NCBI GenBank assembly: GCA_031414595.1
Contig: JANNVX010000001.1
Span: 9,132-73,131 of the forward strand
Source of the DNA: Deinococcales bacterium
GTDB taxonomy: Bacteria; Deinococcota; Deinococci; Deinococcales; JAAFIG01
DNA length: 64,000 nucleotides
Reading direction: 5' to 3'
The notes beneath the pieces were generated by a model. The model saw nothing but the letters and a program-made list of their open reading frames with translations. It was not told the DNA's origin and did no database searches. This document shows positions 39,571 through 49,998 of the stretch, in pieces. The position numbers and the translations under genes are program-made. Numbering within the stretch: position 1 is the stretch's first letter; each line of letters begins with the position of its first letter.

Positions 39571-40887
39571 ATGAAACTCGAACGTCTTTTTCTTCCCGCC
39601 GTAGCTGTGGTTGGTGCTGGTGTTTTTGGTTACGCCCAACTTTTTTCTAGTAATGGCAATGATGTCTTAAATAGTCCAAATGGCAAAGCCTTCCTAGAAA
39701 CCTTGGATGTTCTCGAGAAGAATCATTTGACCCCAGTCAACCGCGAAAAACTGCTTGAGGGAGCAATTTCGGGGATGCTATACGCCCTTGATGATGAGTT
39801 TACTTATTATATTCCCCCTGCCGAAGCCAGCACAGGACGCGAAGACCTGCAAGGCGAATTTTTCGGCATTGGTGTCGGCATTAACCCTGCCAATAAGGAC
39901 GGGACTGGGGTTCTGGTCGAAACGGTTTACCGAGGTTCGCCAGCCGCCCAAGCTGGACTGCAAGCCAACGATGTTTTACTAACCGCCAACGGTAAGGATT
40001 TAACCAAATTACCTCTTGACCAAGCAGTACGTTTGATTCGTGGACCGAACGGTTCAACGGTTAAACTCGAGATTCTACGCAACGGGGCAAGAATCACGAT
40101 CACCGCAACTCGAGCCAAAATCGTTAAAGTCAATGTCGAAAGCACCGTCTTGGCGGGGAATATTGGTTATTTAGCGATTTCTGATTTTGCCAATCAAAAA
40201 GTCACCGAGCAATTACAAGCCCAATTAAAAACCTTGCAAAGTAAAGGCATTAAAGCCCTAGTTTTTGACCTTCGCAATAACCCCGGTGGACTGGTTTCCC
40301 AAGCCGAAGGCGTGGCGGACACCTTTCTCGAGAAGGGCGATATTTTTATTACTCGGGATCGAAACAAAAAAGTGACCGTCGAATACAGCGCTAAACGCCA
40401 AGGCACAGACTTTAAGTTACCCGTGGTGGTGCTGGTCAACGGCTCGAGTGCCAGTGCTTCGGAAATTGTGGCGGCTGCCTTGCAAGAACTGGGACGCGCT
40501 AAAGTCGTGGGCGAAAAAACCTATGGTAAGGGTGTGGCAAACATCCCCACGCCACTTTCCAATAACGGACAAGTCAATGTGGCTTTTAAGGAATGGCTGA
40601 CCCCAAAGCGCAACAGTTTATACAAACGCGGAGTAACTCCAGATGCGATAGTTGCCGATACCCGTTATGGCAATATCTTAGCTCTCGAGGGAATTGGCGC
40701 TAAGCCGGGCAGCAGCATCGAAGTTAAAGTCAATGGCAAAACGATTAAATTAGTTGCCGATAAAACAGGTAAATTTGTGCATCAAGACACGCCGCCACGC
40801 AACAAAAACTCGAGTATTCAAGGCGAAGCCCTTGTGACCTTGGATAATGATGCACAGCTTAAAAAAGCCCTCGAGATGCTTAAGTAA
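39571..40887 (+). CDS. ctpA: S41 C-terminal processing protease with PDZ
   Basis: GIG, SPA, DLRNNPGG, SASASEI, TYGKG. Confidence 0.92.
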   Translation: MKLERLFLPAVAVVGAGVFGYAQLFSSNGNDVLNSPNGKAFLETLDVLEKNHLTPVNREKLLEGAISGMLYALDDEFTYYIPPAEASTGREDLQGEFFGIGVGINPANKDGTGVLVETVYRGSPAAQAGLQANDVLLTANGKDLTKLPLDQAVRLIRGPNGSTVKLEILRNGARITITATRAKIVKVNVESTVLAGNIGYLAISDFANQKVTEQLQAQLKTLQSKGIKALVFDLRNNPGGLVSQAEGVADTFLEKGDIFITRDRNKKVTVEYSAKRQGTDFKLPVVVLVNGSSASASEIVAAALQELGRAKVVGEKTYGKGVANIPTPLSNNGQVNVAFKEWLTPKRNSLYKRGVTPDAIVADTRYGNILALEGIGAKPGSSIEVKVNGKTIKLVADKTGKFVHQDTPPRNKNSSIQGEALVTLDNDAQLKKALEMLK

Positions 40888-40915
40888 AATAGGGCGGGAC
40901 ATACCCCGCCCGTTT

Positions 40916-42259
40916 TTACACGGCTGCGTCAATCGCTTTACAAGCCGCGTCCAGTGCCTCGAGACCTAGGTCTAATTCGTCCCTTGTGGTATTCAGTGGC
41001 GGTGTGACCATCGCAATGTTGAATTTCCCAAAACTGAAGACTCCGCGTTTACGAAGCTCCAAAAAGAAGTTCTTCATGATTCCAGGTCCGTCGCCGTGCC
41101 ATGCCACCAAAGGTTCTCGGGTGTCTTTGTCCTTAACAAATTCTAGCGCCCAGAACGCGCCGATGCCTCGTGCTTCGCCAAGCGTATGGTAGCGATTCTC
41201 GAGTTCTTTTAAGCCAGTTCGTAGCCAGCCCTCGAGTTGGGCAACGTGTTCTTCGATGCCGTCTTCTTGGTAAGCCTTGATTGCGGCTAAACCAGCCGCA
41301 CAGCAGAGCGGATGCCCCGCATAAGTGTGTCCGACAGGTAAGGCTTTAATGTCAAAATACTGAGCCAATCCTTCGCGCACTAACACCCCGCCAAGTGGAA
41401 TGTAGGCGCTGGTGACACCTTTGGCAAAAACGATCATGTCGGGTGTGACCCCAAGCGTATGGCAAGCAAAGGATTTACCAGTGCGCCAAAAACCAGTCAT
41501 GACTTCATCAAAAATCAGCAAGATGCCATGCTGGGTGCAAATTCGCCGCAGACCCTCGAGATACCCCTTGGGGTACATAATCACACCATTAGAACCCACG
41601 ATTGGCTCGAGCAGAATCGCCGCGACATTGCGTGGATTTTCGTGCATCAGGGTGCGTTCTAGGTGTTCAAGCGCCCGAGCCGTTTCTTCGTGTGGGTCTT
41701 GGGTATAAAACGGTGAGCGGTACGGGTAAGGGGCAAAGAAATGCACAATTCCGGGTGACAAAGCTGGTTCGTTACCAAAGCGCCTATCCTCGCCGGTTAA
41801 TTGCATGGCGACACCTGTGCTGCCGTGGTAACTTCGGTAGGTGGCTAAGACCTTAAAACGCCCAGTGATTGCCCTTGCCATCCGCACCGCGTCATCATTG
41901 GCTTCTGCTCCGCCCGTGGTAAAAAATGCCCTGCCACCCTCACTCCATGGGGTCAATTTAATAATCGCTTCACCAAGTTCAGCCCGTTTATCTTGAAAGT
42001 ATCCAGTTGGGCTGTAACAAAGGGTGGCGGCTTGGTCTTGAATCGCTTTGACCACCCTTGGATGCCCATGTCCTAGGTTGGTGCTGACCAAACCAGAACT
42101 TAAATCAAGGTACTTATTGCCGTCCTCATCAAAGAAAAAACGACCCTCGCCGCGTGTCACCACAGGGGCATTGATTGTGCCTTGGGCAACCCAACTCGAG
42201 AGAACATACTTCTTATGTTGGGCTTGATGCTGCTCTTGACGACTGGCTGTTTGCGTCAT
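40916..42259 (-). CDS. Class III PLP aminotransferase
   Basis: GAEAND, SYHG, LIFDEVMTGF.RTG, PDM..FAKG. Confidence 0.92.
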   Translation of the reverse strand: MTQTASRQEQHQAQHKKYVLSSWVAQGTINAPVVTRGEGRFFFDEDGNKYLDLSSGLVSTNLGHGHPRVVKAIQDQAATLCYSPTGYFQDKRAELGEAIIKLTPWSEGGRAFFTTGGAEANDDAVRMARAITGRFKVLATYRSYHGSTGVAMQLTGEDRRFGNEPALSPGIVHFFAPYPYRSPFYTQDPHEETARALEHLERTLMHENPRNVAAILLEPIVGSNGVIMYPKGYLEGLRRICTQHGILLIFDEVMTGFWRTGKSFACHTLGVTPDMIVFAKGVTSAYIPLGGVLVREGLAQYFDIKALPVGHTYAGHPLCCAAGLAAIKAYQEDGIEEHVAQLEGWLRTGLKELENRYHTLGEARGIGAFWALEFVKDKDTREPLVAWHGDGPGIMKNFFLELRKRGVFSFGKFNIAMVTPPLNTTRDELDLGLEALDAACKAIDAAV

Positions 42260-42410
42260 AAATCACCTCGGTAGTGGCATTACGAACCTCACGGTGTTTC
42301 GATTTTAATGCCTTGTGCAACCATTCTACCGCAAAAGGGTAAGGGAATAAGTCACATGGCGAGTTATTCGGCTATGAGGTAGACGTTATTCTCGAGAATC
42401 CCTAAACTCG

Positions 42411-44516
42411 CTAACGCCCTTCTAGCTCAGCGTTCTTGGCTTCGGTGGCTGCATCAGTCGAATCATAGGCTCTGATAATCCGCCCGACAAGCGGATGACG
42501 CACTACATCGGACTCGTTAAAGTAGGCAAAATGAATCCCATCTATATCTTTTAAGATGCGTTGGGCTTCGGTCAAACCGCTTTTTTGATGGCGCGGCAAA
42601 TCCACTTGGGTAATATCGCCAGTAATCACGACTTTACTCGAGAAACCCATGCGGGTTAAAAACATTTTCATTTGCTCTGGGGTGGTGTTCTGGGCTTCGT
42701 CTAAAATGATAAAGGCATCATTGAGTGTGTTATGGGTGACAATAAAATCATCGGTCACATATAAATGGTCAGTAGCAGCAACTCGGATACACTGGGTTTC
42801 TTCAAGACCAAGAGATTCAATGTTTTTGATGTGGCGCATCGGTGTTCCACCACCCGTCTCTTGGTACTTCTCGAGTTTACGGATTAAACGAAAAGGTGCG
42901 AGGTCTTTTGGTAATCGAATATCCACAATAAAGGCATCGTTTCGGTGTGGGATTTCTTGTCCTCGCGCCAAACCCGGTTTGCGTCCAGCCGCCACTCGAG
43001 TTCGGGTATATGCTACCCCGCCCAAAGAACGCACCAAGAAAATCACATCATCACGTAAACGTTGCGAGATGGTGGTGTACTGAATTCGGCAAGTTCGGGC
43101 AGTTTGCGTGACGGGTCCACCATCGGTGTCGAGTAAACCTTGCAGTACCGCTAAGCGCGTGGCGGCATTGTTGTACTTATAAACATTGGGAATAAATTTG
43201 GTTTTTGAACCTGTGCCATTCAAACCTAGTTCTCGTAAAGTCACCGTCACAGGGTTAGGAATGCGTAACCCACCGCGTCCACCTTCGGTGTGGCGCAACA
43301 CATAATCCACCCCGCTTTTATAAACCAATTCGATTTTTGGTAAAACATTTTCTAAGGCAGTCACCAGTTCGGGGTCGTTACTCGAGAAAGATGGCGTGGT
43401 TTTACCTGTAATACAACCATCACCTAACAGCAACCCAAGTGCATATGGGTCAAGTGGAGTATTTTGGGTTGGGAATTCCACGGGTTGTACCATCGGAATT
43501 TCGTAGCGGTATTGGTGAAATTGTTTTAACTGCCCCTGCATCTGGTTTAACTCGAGAACCCGCCCACCAGTTGCACGGGATTTATCTTTGGTGGTGAATA
43601 CATGCCAAAGATGCTCAGCGCAACAAACAGTGCTGCTTCCATCGGTCATGGTAACTCGAAAGACCTCTTTTTGCCCTTGAGGATAGACCCCTAGCACTTG
43701 GGTGACTTGACCATTTGCACCAATCACAAAATCCCCAGTTTCAAGTTGACCGATGCTCTGCCAACCCAATGGGGTTAAAACTTGACTCGAGAGCGGCTGC
43801 GCCCTACCCCGCATAAATCCGAGCGGTGCTACCTCAATACTTCCACTTGACAAGTAACTTTCAAAGCGCTCAGCATCTATCATGTCAAACAGCGCATCGT
43901 AGAGTGGTCGCAAATATGGGTCTATCTTGGCTTGTAAGTCGCCCGGTAAAAACCCGAGTTTTTCGCCAGCTTCTACCGCAGGGCGGGTTAGGATAATCCG
44001 TTTGACTTTTTTGGCTTTGAAGGCTGCGACTGCCATTGCCACCGCCAAGAAACTTTTTCCGGTGCCGGCTGGACCGATGCCAAAAGTAATGTCCGAGGCG
44101 TTAATGGCTTCGATATAACGCTGTTGCCCTTTGGTTTTGGCACGTAAACGCTTGGGTAACTCGAGTCCGCCAAGGTTAATCCCCGCCCCTTCTTCGGTGT
44201 GAATACGTTCGCCGCCGTTTGCCAGTTCTAAGCCACGTTCGATGTCATCCATGCCCAAGTCTCCGCCTTGTCGGTATAAGGAAAGTAGGTCGCGCAGTAA
44301 ATTCTCGGCAGTTTCAACTGCCTTTTTATCCCCCTCGAGGCGAATACTGTCGCCTCGAGCCAGAATCCTTGCCTCGAGTTTTTCACGCATTCGTTTTAAG
44401 TGCTTGTCGTTCTCGCCAAATAAAGCCAGCGCTTCTGACGGATTTTGCAAGCGAATACTGACCACGCCCTGATTTTCTGCGATTTCCGAAGTTTGACCAC
44501 CTGTAAACTGTTTCAA
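42411..44516 (-). CDS. phoH: PhoH family protein containing an intein (start uncertain, TTG 44516 likely)
   Basis: [28 protein letters not shown]|...|[30 protein letters not shown]. Confidence 0.93.
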   Translation of the reverse strand: MKQFTGGQTSEIAENQGVVSIRLQNPSEALALFGENDKHLKRMREKLEARILARGDSIRLEGDKKAVETAENLLRDLLSLYRQGGDLGMDDIERGLELANGGERIHTEEGAGINLGGLELPKRLRAKTKGQQRYIEAINASDITFGIGPAGTGKSFLAVAMAVAAFKAKKVKRIILTRPAVEAGEKLGFLPGDLQAKIDPYLRPLYDALFDMIDAERFESYLSSGSIEVAPLGFMRGRAQPLSSQVLTPLGWQSIGQLETGDFVIGANGQVTQVLGVYPQGQKEVFRVTMTDGSSTVCCAEHLWHVFTTKDKSRATGGRVLELNQMQGQLKQFHQYRYEIPMVQPVEFPTQNTPLDPYALGLLLGDGCITGKTTPSFSSNDPELVTALENVLPKIELVYKSGVDYVLRHTEGGRGGLRIPNPVTVTLRELGLNGTGSKTKFIPNVYKYNNAATRLAVLQGLLDTDGGPVTQTARTCRIQYTTISQRLRDDVIFLVRSLGGVAYTRTRVAAGRKPGLARGQEIPHRNDAFIVDIRLPKDLAPFRLIRKLEKYQETGGGTPMRHIKNIESLGLEETQCIRVAATDHLYVTDDFIVTHNTLNDAFIILDEAQNTTPEQMKMFLTRMGFSSKVVITGDITQVDLPRHQKSGLTEAQRILKDIDGIHFAYFNESDVVRHPLVGRIIRAYDSTDAATEAKNAELEGR
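42729..43802 (-). mobile_element. Class 3 intein (358 aa) with LAGLIDADG homing endonuclease
   Basis: Starts [11 protein letters not shown], ends IVTHN before Thr; [20 protein letters not shown] and LQGLLDTDG. Confidence 0.92.
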
Positions 44517-44649
44517 TATGCTTTTTATTTTACCTCGAGTAAGGCAAAAGCAGCTAGTGGCAAACTGGCGTATGCCATTGTTACCTTTCCAGTCTCGAGT
44601 TTGCTTTGCTGCTGGGTGGTATTCTGGGGTGCTTACAAAAGGAGAATTT

Positions 44650-45945
44650 ATGGCATTCAAAAAAATAGTTGTTCCAGCAGGCGAAAAAATTACAATGCAG
44701 GATGGAGTTCTGAGCGTTCCTAATAATCCGATTGTGCCTTTTATTGAGGGTGATGGTACAGGCGCAGATATTTGGGCAGCTTCGGTGCGGGTTTTAGATG
44801 CCGCCGTAGAAAAGGCTTACGGTGGTTCTAAAAAAATTGCTTGGATGGAAGTCTACGCTGGTGACAAAGCCAACGAGGTTTACGAAGAAATTGTTTGGTT
44901 GCCCGAAGAAACCAACGATGCCATCCGTGAGTATTTGGTCGGGATTAAAGGACCACTGACCACCCCAGTCGGTGGTGGTATTCGCAGTATTAACGTAGCC
45001 CTGCGTCAAATTCTCGATTTATACGCTTGCCTTCGTCCTGTGCAGTATTTTGATGGTGTGCCAAGCCCAGTTAAACAACCAGAACTGGTAGACATGGTGA
45101 TTTTTAGGGAAAATACCGAAGATATTTACGCTGGTATCGAATTCCAAGCTGGAACACCTGAAGTTAAAAAACTCTTAACTTTTTTACAAGTTGAGATGAA
45201 TGTCAAAAACATTCGTTTCCCAGACTCCTCGAGCTTAGGGATTAAACCTGTGTCTAAAGAAGGCACTGAACGCCTTGTTCGGGCTGCCCTCGAGTACACG
45301 ATTGCCAATAAACGTAAGAATGTAACTTTGGTTCACAAAGGCAACATCATGAAATTTACCGAAGGTTCGTTTAAGAACTGGGGCTATGAACTTGCCGAGC
45401 GTGAATTTGGTGAGCATTTCTACACCTGGGCGCAATGGGAGCGCACCAAGGCGGCGAGTGGCGAACCCGCCGCCAATGCCGAACAAGATGCTGCCCTAAA
45501 ATCTGGTAAAATCCTGGTTAAGGATTCAATTGCCGATGCGTTTTTGCAACAAATTCTGCTTCGCCCCGCCGAGTACGATGTGGTCGCAACCCTGAACTTA
45601 AATGGCGATTACTTATCCGATGCCTTGGCTGCCCAAGTTGGCGGGATTGGGATTGCCCCCGGTGCAAATATCAATTACCAAACCGGTCACGCGGTCTTTG
45701 AAGCCACCCACGGCACAGCCCCAAAGTACGCTGGGCAAGATAAGGTCAACCCCTCGAGTGTGATTTTATCGGGCGAAATGATGCTTAGATTCTTTGGTTG
45801 GACCGAAGCGGCTGATTTAATCGTCTCAGGCTTAAAGAAAACCATTGACCAAAAAACCGTGACCTATGACTTTCACCGTTTAATGGAAGGTGCAACCCTG
45901 CTTAAATGCTCTGAGTTTGCGACAGCGTTAATTAAAAATATGTAA
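44650..45945 (+). CDS. icd: NADP-isocitrate dehydrogenase
   Basis: [47 protein letters not shown] 44650 with SD GGAG. Confidence 0.97.
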   Translation: MAFKKIVVPAGEKITMQDGVLSVPNNPIVPFIEGDGTGADIWAASVRVLDAAVEKAYGGSKKIAWMEVYAGDKANEVYEEIVWLPEETNDAIREYLVGIKGPLTTPVGGGIRSINVALRQILDLYACLRPVQYFDGVPSPVKQPELVDMVIFRENTEDIYAGIEFQAGTPEVKKLLTFLQVEMNVKNIRFPDSSSLGIKPVSKEGTERLVRAALEYTIANKRKNVTLVHKGNIMKFTEGSFKNWGYELAEREFGEHFYTWAQWERTKAASGEPAANAEQDAALKSGKILVKDSIADAFLQQILLRPAEYDVVATLNLNGDYLSDALAAQVGGIGIAPGANINYQTGHAVFEATHGTAPKYAGQDKVNPSSVILSGEMMLRFFGWTEAADLIVSGLKKTIDQKTVTYDFHRLMEGATLLKCSEFATALIKNM

Positions 45946-46007
45946 TTCCCGATTTATGTTGCAGGGGCGAGATGTTCGCCCCTGTATTGTACAAACCAAA
46001 GTTTAGC

Positions 46008-46760
46008 TCAAGCCAGCCCATAAACGTCTCGAGCATTGGCACTGGTGATGCCTTCAATTTCTGCAAACTCAAGATGGCGGACAATCGCCAGTGTCTCGAG
46101 GGTGTGGCGCACATACTCAGGGCGGTTGGGTTTGCCCCGAAACGGAATCGGTGCAAGGTACGGCGCATCGGTTTCGACCAGCAAACGATTTTCTGGCACA
46201 AGACCAGCTGCATCGCGGATTTTCTGGGCGGTTTTATAGGTCAGGTTGCCTGCAAAAGACACATAAAACCCAAGTTCTAATCCCGTCTCGAGCAGTTCGG
46301 TGTCGCCAGCAAAACAATGCAGAATGCCTTTTGTCCAAGCGGCATTGCGAAGAATTGCGGCACAGTCGGCAAAGGCAGTTCTTCTATTATCCTTATCTCG
46401 GCAGTGAATCACAATCGGTTTCTCGAGCCGCCGCGCTAAGTCCAGTTGCCATTCCAGACTCGAGACCTGATTTTTTGGTGTAGCAGCATCCCAGTAGTAA
46501 TCCATGCCGCTTTCACCAATGCCCACAACTTTTTTATGCCGTGCCAATTGCTCAAGAATACTGACTGTTTGGGGTGAAAACATGTTCGCATCGGTAGGAT
46601 GAAGTCCAACTGTGGCATAAACATTAGAAAATTGTTCAGTTAATGCAAGACAGCTTTTGGCACGTTCTGGGTTAAAGCCAATCGCAATTAAAAACTCGAG
46701 TTCGGCAGCGCTCTGTTCTGGGTTTGGTACAGCGTCCAAGTGGCAATGCGTGTCTATCAT
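46008..46760 (-). CDS. tatD: TatD family hydrolase/DNase
   Basis: MIDTHCHL, GLHP, GESGMDY, IHCR, LHCF, ETDAPYL. Confidence 0.93.
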   Translation of the reverse strand: MIDTHCHLDAVPNPEQSAAELEFLIAIGFNPERAKSCLALTEQFSNVYATVGLHPTDANMFSPQTVSILEQLARHKKVVGIGESGMDYYWDAATPKNQVSSLEWQLDLARRLEKPIVIHCRDKDNRRTAFADCAAILRNAAWTKGILHCFAGDTELLETGLELGFYVSFAGNLTYKTAQKIRDAAGLVPENRLLVETDAPYLAPIPFRGKPNRPEYVRHTLETLAIVRHLEFAEIEGITSANARDVYGLA

Positions 46761-46782
46761 GGACGCACCGTGGTTATGCGCG

Positions 46783-47787
46783 TCATGGACGCACCGTGAT
46801 GTCTTGAAAGTGCTGCCAATCTGACCAGCCTTTGATTGGTAAAGTAATTTGTACCTGCCAAGTGACTTTGTTGTCATGGGCGCTAAAGGTTGTGGCGGCA
46901 TCTGGTGGGATTGGTATTTCCACCGCAAATTCAAGTTTTTCACCTGCCCGCAATGACCGCGCTTCGGATACTGAAATCACTTGTTGCAAAATCGGCACGG
47001 TGTGGGTACTGCGGTTTGTACCGCTTCCAGTCGCGTAAAATTCGTTTTGTACCAATTTAACCTCGATTTTTTCTAAGTTCACCTCGGCTTTAACGGTGGT
47101 GGAAAAGCGAATTTGAATACTTTGACCGGGTTGGACTTGGGTCGGTTCGATCTCGAGGTTGACCGTGCCTAGTCGGGCTTGAGCGAGGTTATTGCGAAGC
47201 AACGAATAGCCAATAAAGCCAAAAACCCCTAGGAAAATCGCGCCAAATAAAATCGCAAAAATAATCGGTGGTTGAGCAGCACTAAAAACAAAAAACCCAA
47301 TACCAGAAAAAACAATCATAAAGATACAAATAGCCACCACACCAATAAAACTGTTGTTTCCCGAAACCGGTTTGCCGTATGCCACTGGTGCGCTATAGCT
47401 CGGTCCAAAGTCAACACTTGGCATGTTCGGCACTGCGCCAAAAATAAAATCGGTTTCGGCTTTGGTTTTACCAAACATCCCGCCCGACTCTGCCCGAACA
47501 TACCAGTCTAAGTTGGTGTTTGTGCCTCGGTAGGTAAACGGACCATCGGGCATCGGGAAACTAAAAGGGACTTCACTGATTCCCGCCCCCCACGTCTCGG
47601 CGATGGTCACTTCGGCTCGAGACCCATGATCGCCGTGTCCACGTCCATGCGCCCGCCATTCACGAATCAGTTGAATTTTGCCACGTCCACCGTCGGGGTC
47701 GTGAATTGTGACGATGCCAGAAACCGTGTCACCAGCCAAATACACGCCGTCGGGACGGTCAAGTCGAATCTCGAGCTTAAAACTCAT
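46783..47787 (-). CDS. Membrane protein with two arrestin-N/SpoOM-like domains
   Basis: YLAGDTVSG.V, FSFPMPDGPFTY; 2 TM; second IPIPPDAATTF...VTW.V. Confidence 0.6.
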   Translation of the reverse strand: MSFKLEIRLDRPDGVYLAGDTVSGIVTIHDPDGGRGKIQLIREWRAHGRGHGDHGSRAEVTIAETWGAGISEVPFSFPMPDGPFTYRGTNTNLDWYVRAESGGMFGKTKAETDFIFGAVPNMPSVDFGPSYSAPVAYGKPVSGNNSFIGVVAICIFMIVFSGIGFFVFSAAQPPIIFAILFGAIFLGVFGFIGYSLLRNNLAQARLGTVNLEIEPTQVQPGQSIQIRFSTTVKAEVNLEKIEVKLVQNEFYATGSGTNRSTHTVPILQQVISVSEARSLRAGEKLEFAVEIPIPPDAATTFSAHDNKVTWQVQITLPIKGWSDWQHFQDITVRP

Positions 47788-48380
47788 AAGGACTCCTTTG
47801 ATAATTTCTGGTACTCATCGTACAACGGCCCTTCAATTGTGCGTAAGTCATCACCGAATTGCTCTAGAAGTTGCTCGAGTTTTTGTTGTGGGATGTGTGG
47901 TATCTGACCTTCAGAACGCCGCGCCCACTCGAGTCGTTTTTCGATGACTGCTTCGAGTTTTTCTAAGGTTAAACCTGTTAAGTGCAGAACTTCCACCCTA
48001 AAACCAGCCTGCTCGAGTTCATAGGTATGATTTTCATGCGAGGCAATCACCCATGTCTTGGCGCGTTGCCAAATAAATCGGCGGGTCGAGCGCGGTAAGC
48101 GCTGGGCTTCGTCTAAGAAAATAATGTTCGCACGGGTGATGCTTGGCTGCCGACCAAATTCTGGCAAGTGAATATACGGTGCATCTGGGGTTTTTTGATG
48201 CAGTGCAAGTAAATGGGTGGTTTTACCGCGTCCTTTTTCACCAAGAATTAAAATGGCTTTTTTTGGCTCGAGTAAAAATTCTGGCATTTGCACTGCTAAA
48301 TCAGCCCGTTCTTCTTGGTTGGGTTCAGAGAACGGATTCCAACGCAAATTCAAAGTGGCATAAGCTCGAGTTGGTAACAC
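47784..48380 (-). CDS. Small AAA+/P-loop ATPase
   Basis: WNPF, GEKGRGKTT, IFLDEAQ, FGDDLRTIE. Confidence 0.7.
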   Translation of the reverse strand: MLPTRAYATLNLRWNPFSEPNQEERADLAVQMPEFLLEPKKAILILGEKGRGKTTHLLALHQKTPDAPYIHLPEFGRQPSITRANIIFLDEAQRLPRSTRRFIWQRAKTWVIASHENHTYELEQAGFRVEVLHLTGLTLEKLEAVIEKRLEWARRSEGQIPHIPQQKLEQLLEQFGDDLRTIEGPLYDEYQKLSKESL

Positions 48381-48403
48381 AGGCTTAAGTGTAAACTACA
48401 GCC

Positions 48404-49306
48404 ATGACCATTGGCGCAACCGGAATCGGCACAGAAAGCATCAACCAGCACACCAAGGACTTAGACTTATTGGAAACCGCTGCCTTGGTACATCTACTGG
48501 TTTTTGATCAAGAAAACGCAGTTAAGGCGGTTTTAGAAGCCTCGAGCCAAATTGCCAAAGCCGTGGATTTGGCTGCCGCACGTTTAGCCCAAGGCGGGCG
48601 TTTACTCTATGCTGGCGCGGGGACAAGTGGGCGCTTAGCCTATTTAGACTCGAGCGAATTAACCCCGACCTTTGGTTGGTCAAGGGAACGCGCCGTGGTG
48701 GTTATGGCGGGTGGCAAAAGCGCAGTTTTTCAAGCCGCCGAAGGTGCAGAAGACGATTTTGCAATGGGTAAAGCCGATTTATTAGCCCTAAAACCGACAA
48801 ATACGGATGTGCTGATTGGCATTGCTGCCAGTGGTGGCACGCCATATGTGCTTGGGGCATTAGAAGCCGCCAAAGAATCTGGGGTGCTGCGAATTGCCTT
48901 ATCAAACAATCCAAATACCAAAATTCTCGAGTTTTCGGATGTGCCGATTCTTTTGGACACTGGTGCAGAAGTGATTTCGGGCAGCACCCGCTTAAAGGCT
49001 GGAACGGCTCAAAAAATCGCTTTGAATACTTTATCCAGTGGCATCATGGTGCGTTTACATAAGGTCTACGGCAATTTAATGGTGGATTTACAAGCCACAA
49101 ACATCAAGCTCGTGGCTCGAGCCATTCGTTTGACTCGGCTGGCGACGAGCGTGACCGACGACATGGCAGAAGCGGCTTTAAGCCAAGCTGGTTGGAATGT
49201 CAAAACTGCGATTGTGATGCTCAAAAAACACGTATCCGCCGAGGCTGCGCTGGCGCTGCTCGAGACCTGCCAAGGCAATGTTCGTTTGGCATTGAAGTCG
49301 TCTTAG
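48404..49306 (+). CDS. murQ: N-acetylmuramic acid 6-phosphate etherase
   Basis: GAGTSGRL, EGAED, GIAASG.TPY, GSTRLKAGTAQK, NLMVD. Confidence 0.95.
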   Translation: MTIGATGIGTESINQHTKDLDLLETAALVHLLVFDQENAVKAVLEASSQIAKAVDLAAARLAQGGRLLYAGAGTSGRLAYLDSSELTPTFGWSRERAVVVMAGGKSAVFQAAEGAEDDFAMGKADLLALKPTNTDVLIGIAASGGTPYVLGALEAAKESGVLRIALSNNPNTKILEFSDVPILLDTGAEVISGSTRLKAGTAQKIALNTLSSGIMVRLHKVYGNLMVDLQATNIKLVARAIRLTRLATSVTDDMAEAALSQAGWNVKTAIVMLKKHVSAEAALALLETCQGNVRLALKSS

Positions 49307-49531
49307 GTAACACTCCGCACAGCTAAAAACTGCATTGACCACCGAGACTGGCGCACCACCACTTTCAAAACCCCCAAGTGTAACAGCGTACTCTTCAATG
49401 TCATCATTGGCATTGTCACCAAGCGCATTAGATTCCTCGAGCAGAACCGCCGCTTCGTTGTTGGGGCTAGGGCAAGCGGTGAGAAAAGCTGCACAGGATA
49501 GAGCCAAAGTCAAGCAAATAATTTTTTTCAT
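49178..49531 (-). pseudogene. Possible truncated lipoprotein
   Basis: SD AAGGAG and lipobox FLTAC, but the ORF runs about 130 bp into the antisense of murQ. Confidence 0.4.
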
Positions 49532-49543
49532 GGATTACTCCTT

Positions 49544-49903
49544 TTATTTACGAGTCAGGGTTTCTGAGCCACGAAAGTCCCCCGGTTCACAACGCGCCCA
49601 AGTTCCCTCGAGTACCCGCCCGCGAACCTCGTAGGCAGTCACACCACAATCAAAGCCAACCACCAGCACACCATTTTGTACAAAACCAATGGCATTGGTG
49701 ACACTCGAGCCAACCCGGTAAATCAGGCGGTAATTGCGATTGTTTTCAGAAATAACGACTGTGCCAGTGTAACTTCCCGAACCAGCCGAACCTGGATTGC
49801 TACCACGCACCGTGTACTCACCCGCCAAAGAGTTCTGCGAAACACCAACGCTGCAACCAAATACCAAAAATGCGACTGCCACTGCTGCCAAAATCTTTTT
49901 CAT
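49544..49903 (-). CDS. Small beta-rich lipoprotein
   Basis: VFGC lipobox; LAGEYTVRG.NP...YTGTV.I...GSETL. Confidence 0.7.
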   Translation of the reverse strand: MKKILAAVAVAFLVFGCSVGVSQNSLAGEYTVRGSNPGSAGSGSYTGTVVISENNRNYRLIYRVGSSVTNAIGFVQNGVLVVGFDCGVTAYEVRGRVLEGTWARCEPGDFRGSETLTRK

Positions 49904-49998
49904 AAGACCCTCCTTAGAACAAGGTCATCTTAGAAAAAATGGTGTGATGTCAGCGTTACGTCTGGGTTTGCAAAAAAGTGTGTTTAGAAGAGATTTAC

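Noticed and set aside
42380-42389. TAGACGTTAT matching the candidate IS end at 63863
   Set aside because: Only a 10-bp match with no transposase or partner end; chance is plausible.
44518-44660. Overlapping N-terminal extensions of icd and phoH in the ORF track
   Set aside because: SD and homology place icd at 44650 and phoH near 44516; the extensions are ORF-caller artefacts.
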